The translations under genes were made by a program, and so were the position numbers. DNA of 64,000 nt from a virus. Taxonomy: Duplodnaviria > Caudoviricetes. The notes beneath the pieces are model-generated. The model worked only from the letters and a program-made list of their open reading frames with translations, was not told the DNA's origin and did not search any database. The DNA is taken from positions 125,717 to 189,716 of IMG/VR virus record IMGVR_UViG_3300006056_000001; one strand, given 5' to 3'. Shown here piece after piece: positions 58,743 to 64,000 of this stretch (position 1 is its first letter; each line of letters starts with the position of its first letter).

Positions 58743-61714
58743 GATCCAACTCGTAACTGATAGTTAAACACTTTAGGTGTTAGGGAGCCATCTACTCCTT
58801 GTACTCTATTCAATTCTATTTTTACTATAATAGAATTAATCTTAGAATCTGTTTCAACTTGTTCTGCCCAGTCGAACTTAAATTCTTCATTAGATGATGC
58901 CGGAGGATTTTCTTCATCAGAGTCCTCAGTAGGTATTTTTTGATACAGCTCGGAAGTTTCATTTGGCTTAAAGTTAACTACGATATAACTGTTAAAAGGA
59001 TCAGTACTATTATCAATAGCAAAACTAGTATGATCAGAAAGTAAAGTATTTACCTTTAAATGGTTTAAAGACTTTTCTACAAGAGGTTCTCTAAAAGCTG
59101 TGATCTCATTAAAATATTGATTAAAAGATTTAAAGATCTTTTTCTTATTAATATCTTTTAGTTGTATTACTTGATCAATTAAATTACTTCTGTATTGGCC
59201 ATTTGTAGAGGGGCTTTTAGACCTAACTATAAACTGTACCCAGCCATAAGAAAGAAGAGGAGTAGAAGTAGACTTAGTAAGATTGACTAGTCCTTCTTTT
59301 GAGTTAACATAGAAAGACTCGCCTTCCTCTGAATCAACGATTAGTTTATTTTTCTTAGTAGTAGGATCTAAATCAAATTTAATTTGTACTCCGTTATTAG
59401 AGGAGACAAAGGCCCAGGTAGTAAATGTTTGTACAGATGACGAACTTCCTCTATAAGAGAAGGAGACGTACACAGATCCTTTAGTAGATATAGTGCCAGT
59501 AGGTATTCTTTGTATACCTCCTGTATTTGGATCTATAACATAATCTCTTCCTTCTACATAGAATATTCTACTACCACTAGTACTAGGTAAGTTACTTACT
59601 CTAATAGAAGACTTAATTATTTGGCTTGGCCGAGTAGGTATGTATCTGTATGTAATCTCTATAGAATCAAACGCACTATTAGATGCATGATCTAATACTA
59701 TATTGTTACCTTCTATTCTACTTACTTTATGTGTTATATCTGGATCTACAGTATAAACAAATTCTAATAATAAGTTTATAACATTTCCAGACCCGTCTAT
59801 CAGACTTCCTCCGTTTAATAAATTGATTCTTCCGGTAGGTCTTGTCTTACCTCCAGAGTCTAATATTTCATAAGAGTAGTCTACACCGTTAGTTAATATT
59901 TGTCCAGTAAGTAATCTAAGTATAGGGAGTTCTGTACTAATATTGCTTTGTAGTACAAAGTTAGAAGAAGGTAAATATACTGTTCTAGAAGAACCTAGAG
60001 AGAATGTAGAAGTCTGTCTAGCTGAACTAGTTCTGTGTATTACTTTATAGACAACATAGTTAGGTCTTGTGTCTAGGTTAGAGTTTTGAGTACCCGGCTG
60101 TGGTTTAAGAGCATGTCCTCTAGAGCTATCATAGTAAGGTTGCTTCTCTACTTGTAGTCGGACTCTTCTTATTCCATCATCTGACACACCTAATGCTGTT
60201 ATAGTTGGGGCTTCTGTAATAGTTGTATAGATTGCTTCTAGGTCTGCATGCTCAAAACTAACATAGTTATTAACTACATTAAGTATTTCAAAAGACCCTG
60301 TATAGTCTCTATACCAATTATTAAAACCTCTATATAGTTTTGAATTACCAAATATTATATCAGTAGATAGCGCCGGGCCAACTCTATAGAAGCTCTTACC
60401 TTGGAAAGAGCTACCATACACTTGTGGCGAATCATTGCCATCTACAGGCGTCATAAAATTAATACTATTCTTAGTTACAGAATTAAATAAAACAATATTT
60501 GAATTACTAAGATTGTTTGCTGTTCCTATTGGAGATATAGGAATAAAAGAACTTTGTTTGTTATTAGAATCTATACCAGAGATATAATATTGAGTATTGC
60601 AACCGACAGGAATATGCTGATTGACATCAATAGAAACTTTACCTATTGGTTCTTGAGAGTCAAAGCTAAACGGCTTACTAATGTAAGTTGCTTTAACTAC
60701 TCTTCCTGTTTGGAATGCAGCAAATCTTTTTAATCCGAATATATATTTATACTTTTTATTATTACCTTCTATAATTTCTTCATCTGCTTCTGACTTACTT
60801 AGTTTTATTTTTACATACTCTACTAAGGTTGTTTCAAAGTCAAAGCCATATACTTTTTTCTGATCTTCTACGTCTACGCCACTTTCATATCCCAGTAGTC
60901 CAATATAATTAACATCATCATTAGAAGTACTAACTGTTATCTTTTGTTTCTTTGGGCTATAAGGAGTAATCTCAAATCTAGATACAAAGAATTCAGAAGA
61001 TAGGTTCTCTACTTGTCTTAGAGCAAAACTGAATACAATATCTATTGGGCCGTTTGTATCTGTAATAATTTCTTGGCCCCAAGAAGAAAGATTATCTGTA
61101 AATATTTCTCCAAACTTTGTACTAGGTATTTGTTTTGAAGATAATACCTTATCTGCAGGAGATACAAATACTTCTGTTGAACTTTGACTAACTAAGTTAC
61201 CTACATCAATTCTCTTTGTATTAGTTCCGCCAAGAGGTAATGCTAGGCACTCTTCATTAAGATCTATAATATCTCTTGTAGATAATAAAGTGTTTATTTT
61301 TGAGCTATCAGAAAAAGTATCTATTGCTCCATCAAAATAGAAGTCCGCATCTTTAACAGTAAACAGTAAAAGCTCTAATTGAGCCTTAAGCTTATTAAGT
61401 TCTTGACTATTTATTTTATGAAATAAGTCTGCATAGTTTAGTCTAGAACTAGATTCTGTAAACAAAGTAATAAGCTCTTCTTCAAGAAGGTCAATATCAA
61501 ATTTAATTTGACGCATGGCCTTGTTGTAAGCTTCATTTTGGAAAACAGTTTTAAAGCTTTGAGGAATATACTTATAAGTAATATTATTTTTATTACCTAT
61601 AGCTGCGCCTATCCTTTGAGATATATCATTTATATTAGGTAGACTTCCTAACATGAGATATCTAAGTATCTCAGAGGCTAGAATTTTTTGATACTGTTTA
61701 CTATAGATGCTCAT
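58739..61714 (-). CDS. large putative virion structural protein (tail/baseplate)
   Basis: 991 aa, Ser/Thr-rich and beta-rich; repeated G.DY motifs; YIFGLK; C-terminal LTPKVFNYQL. Confidence 0.65.
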   Translation of the reverse strand: MSIYSKQYQKILASEILRYLMLGSLPNINDISQRIGAAIGNKNNITYKYIPQSFKTVFQNEAYNKAMRQIKFDIDLLEEELITLFTESSSRLNYADLFHKINSQELNKLKAQLELLLFTVKDADFYFDGAIDTFSDSSKINTLLSTRDIIDLNEECLALPLGGTNTKRIDVGNLVSQSSTEVFVSPADKVLSSKQIPSTKFGEIFTDNLSSWGQEIITDTNGPIDIVFSFALRQVENLSSEFFVSRFEITPYSPKKQKITVSTSNDDVNYIGLLGYESGVDVEDQKKVYGFDFETTLVEYVKIKLSKSEADEEIIEGNNKKYKYIFGLKRFAAFQTGRVVKATYISKPFSFDSQEPIGKVSIDVNQHIPVGCNTQYYISGIDSNNKQSSFIPISPIGTANNLSNSNIVLFNSVTKNSINFMTPVDGNDSPQVYGSSFQGKSFYRVGPALSTDIIFGNSKLYRGFNNWYRDYTGSFEILNVVNNYVSFEHADLEAIYTTITEAPTITALGVSDDGIRRVRLQVEKQPYYDSSRGHALKPQPGTQNSNLDTRPNYVVYKVIHRTSSARQTSTFSLGSSRTVYLPSSNFVLQSNISTELPILRLLTGQILTNGVDYSYEILDSGGKTRPTGRINLLNGGSLIDGSGNVINLLLEFVYTVDPDITHKVSRIEGNNIVLDHASNSAFDSIEITYRYIPTRPSQIIKSSIRVSNLPSTSGSRIFYVEGRDYVIDPNTGGIQRIPTGTISTKGSVYVSFSYRGSSSSVQTFTTWAFVSSNNGVQIKFDLDPTTKKNKLIVDSEEGESFYVNSKEGLVNLTKSTSTPLLSYGWVQFIVRSKSPSTNGQYRSNLIDQVIQLKDINKKKIFKSFNQYFNEITAFREPLVEKSLNHLKVNTLLSDHTSFAIDNSTDPFNSYIVVNFKPNETSELYQKIPTEDSDEENPPASSNEEFKFDWAEQVETDSKINSIIVKIELNRVQGVDGSLTPKVFNYQLRVGS

Positions 61715-61717
61715 TGT

Positions 61718-62008
61718 TTATGGGTTCTTTTTCCAATAGGGGTCTGAATTAGATGTTCCTGCTTGATATATTTTATATTCTGTAGAATTGGGAGAGTTTA
61801 TTATAGGGCTTGGTATAACAGTAGTTGCTGATGTCCAAGGAAATTGTTTATTAACCTCATACTCTTTGTACATTTTTGTATCTATTGTATAGACTGGATT
61901 ATTTTTTCTATCTAATGTTCTCTTTAATACTTCTACTATTTCCTTTAGGACAGATATCATTTCTTCTTTGGCTTCAATCTGTGCCATCAATTTACTTACG
62001 TCTTGCAT
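61718..62008 (-). CDS. hypothetical coiled-coil protein
   Basis: Coupled within the late module. Confidence 0.55.
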   Translation of the reverse strand: MQDVSKLMAQIEAKEEMISVLKEIVEVLKRTLDRKNNPVYTIDTKMYKEYEVNKQFPWTSATTVIPSPIINSPNSTEYKIYQAGTSNSDPYWKKNP

Positions 62009-62862
62009 TATAGTGACTCCTTTGGTGTCATTAAGATTCTATACGATTTGAGGACCGGGCTGTAACCACTTGCGTCTGCAGTAGTTTCGTCTAAACTACT
62101 AGGCCTAGTTAGAACTGCTCTAAAGACTATTTCTTTGACAGGAGCGGATGTGATAAAATACCCATCTTCAAGTCTAGAAGTCAATGGTCGCTCAGTATTA
62201 AAATTTATTATTCTAGGTACTATAGATCCGTCTTCTTTAAAAACGGAAGGAAGACCTATTGGATTTATTTGAATCCATTCAGAATCTGCAATGTTTGCTT
62301 TTACATAGTAAGTAATATAATTACCTGCAGGGAATATATTTGGGATAAATTGATCTACGTTTAATACTACCTTTACTATTTCTTTAGGAGATATCCAAGG
62401 CGTGGATACTATTTCACTTACTTCTTCATATGTGAATTGTGATATATTAAGATCTTTTATACCTATTGCATATCTTACGATATCAAACTGTGGTTGGTTC
62501 CATACTTTAGTTAAGGTCCAGCCAGATTCTTTGATGTCCATTTTGACATCTGTAGTTATTTTTTTGCCAAATAAAGATCTTGCCAGGTCTCCAATACCAG
62601 GAGGTAAATCAGAAACCAAGAATATAGAGTTCATGATATCGCCGGCTTTGTCATGAAACTTATCTACCAAGCTCTTATTAATATTTTGATTCTGTGTCGT
62701 CTCTTGACTTCCTTCTGTTTCGCCAGCTATGTCTTTAGCAGAAGTAAGCCCTCCATCTATAGCTAAAGTCTGAAGGTAACTAAACTTAACTATCTTAGAT
62801 AAGGTAAGCTTTTTGTTTATATTCTCTACAGTAGTTTTTCTTTTCTTTCTAAACAATCCCAT
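62008..62862 (-). CDS. putative virion structural protein
   Basis: RYAIGIKDL, WIQINPIG and SPVLKSYRI resemble motifs of the 991-aa protein. Confidence 0.6.
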   Translation of the reverse strand: MGLFRKKRKTTVENINKKLTLSKIVKFSYLQTLAIDGGLTSAKDIAGETEGSQETTQNQNINKSLVDKFHDKAGDIMNSIFLVSDLPPGIGDLARSLFGKKITTDVKMDIKESGWTLTKVWNQPQFDIVRYAIGIKDLNISQFTYEEVSEIVSTPWISPKEIVKVVLNVDQFIPNIFPAGNYITYYVKANIADSEWIQINPIGLPSVFKEDGSIVPRIINFNTERPLTSRLEDGYFITSAPVKEIVFRAVLTRPSSLDETTADASGYSPVLKSYRILMTPKESL

Positions 62863-62863
62863 A

Positions 62864-64000
62864 TTAGAATCTAAACCTACCTTTAGTTACAGTTGTTGTT
62901 ATAGTAGTATTTACTTCAATACTATTCTTTAGTAATGCATATGTTTTCTCATAAGCTTGAGAGGAAGGATATGACATTTTTAATCTTACTTTTATCTTTT
63001 TAGCTATTCTAGTAGGGAAAGGATAAATACCCTGTCCTGTATAGTTGTATCTGTTTGGAGCAAGTGTAGCAGATAATTGACTATCTGTCAGGTATTCATT
63101 TGCTTCTGGAGTTATTGTTTTAGGAAAACGGATTGTTTCCCAGCCATCTACTGTTTTAAATTCTCCTTCGGATACTCCAATTGTAGCTATATCTGCTACT
63201 TCTATGAAAGCGTTCTTACTAAAAACTATAGGATTAATACTAACAAAGTTTACGTTTTGTTCTTCTGGAAGTGTAACTACTAAGTCAATAATTAAATCTA
63301 AGCTGTCTTCTGACAACGCTTTAGTATTTAAATCATTTACATCTATTTGTAAAGAAGCTGTGTCTGGGGCTTCTGGGTTAGAATATTCTGCTCCATCAGG
63401 ATTTTCTACTTGCTCATCTACTACCATCGCATCAGTAGGATCTGGTATTAAAGGATTTACAAGCTTAACTACATACTCACATTCCCAGAATGTATCTGGG
63501 TTACCATCCAACATCTTCTTTCTATTCTCTTGTTTTAGCTCTTCAGACGCTCCATACTCTAAAAATACACCTTGTGTTTGTTCTTGTGCTTTTTGTGTAA
63601 CCTCTCCATTAGTTGCTACTTCTTCTACATCCACTAGCTTTTTAGGATCAATAGTAAATTGAATATTAAACTGGCCGCCCTCTGGGCGAGCTGCTCCTAG
63701 GAAGTTATAATAGTTTCCTTCATAGAATCTATTAAAGTTACCGGGAGTAGGCTTAGTATTAACTCCTTGTTGGTTCCCTCCTGCTTCTGGAGATATAGGA
63801 AAGATATCTATCTTTGTAAAAGGGTTAGTACTAAGATTATTGCTAGATGATCTGGCCAAGGACATACCTGCTCCATTTGATATAGGTTCAGCAGGAACAC
63901 TACTTATAATGGCGCCCTTGTCTATAAAATCTTGATTAATAAAATCATCGCCTGCTACTATTACATCTCCTCTAGTAAAGTTACTTAAAATATTTAAGTC
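62864..64000 (-). CDS. putative virion structural protein (5' truncated by window edge)
   Basis: Frame stays open from 63865 to 64000; DGNPDTFW discoidin/F5-8-like motif. Confidence 0.65.
   Translation of the reverse strand, partial: DLNILSNFTRGDVIVAGDDFINQDFIDKGAIISSVPAEPISNGAGMSLARSSSNNLSTNPFTKIDIFPISPEAGGNQQGVNTKPTPGNFNRFYEGNYYNFLGAARPEGGQFNIQFTIDPKKLVDVEEVATNGEVTQKAQEQTQGVFLEYGASEELKQENRKKMLDGNPDTFWECEYVVKLVNPLIPDPTDAMVVDEQVENPDGAEYSNPEAPDTASLQIDVNDLNTKALSEDSLDLIIDLVVTLPEEQNVNFVSINPIVFSKNAFIEVADIATIGVSEGEFKTVDGWETIRFPKTITPEANEYLTDSQLSATLAPNRYNYTGQGIYPFPTRIAKKIKVRLKMSYPSSQAYEKTYALLKNSIEVNTTITTTVTKGRFRF

Noticed and set aside
1420-63662. Short opposite-strand ORFs in the track (e.g. 1420-1644, 9734-10132, 23165-23569, 36663-37055, 57630-57932, 63204-63662)
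   Set aside because: They are antisense shadows of well-supported genes and lack motifs
1-64000. Stop-codon reassignment
   Set aside because: Conserved genes are full-length in the standard code; TAA, TGA and TAG all act as stops; the tRNA is not a suppressor

Overview
AT-rich, densely packed segment of a large (probably jumbo) tailed dsDNA bacteriophage genome in the standard genetic code. From 1 to ~51600 it is mostly + strand. It carries tRNA-Thr(TGT); nucleotide metabolism genes (ThyX, class II NrdJ, NUDIX, phosphoesterases); and replication/recombination genes (family A DNA polymerase, primase-helicase fusion, ATP-dependent ligase, family-4 UDG, Cas4-like and resolvase-like nucleases, SSB-like proteins). 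The recA gene is split inside its Walker A motif by a group I intron (21858-22697) encoding an HNH endonuclease, and the ORF track misses exon 1. Also present are a VWA/MoxR pair, an HTH plus sigma-factor unit, many small hypothetical genes, three dispersed GT-B glycosyltransferases and an 8-gene glycan-synthesis cluster (44459-50352). From ~51600 to 64000 the - strand holds a late/virion module: a second sigma-like factor, a 1221-aa His-repeat fibre, large structural proteins and a holin/lipoprotein pair implying a diderm host. The most notable items are the glycosylation system, a nested antisense (noncontiguous-operon-like) glycosyltransferase locus with back-to-back start codons, a PAS-2TM sensor-like protein coupled to an unannotated membrane peptide, a 7-member zinc-ribbon family, and the recA intron. 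All calls come from motif recognition by eye; no database searches were run.
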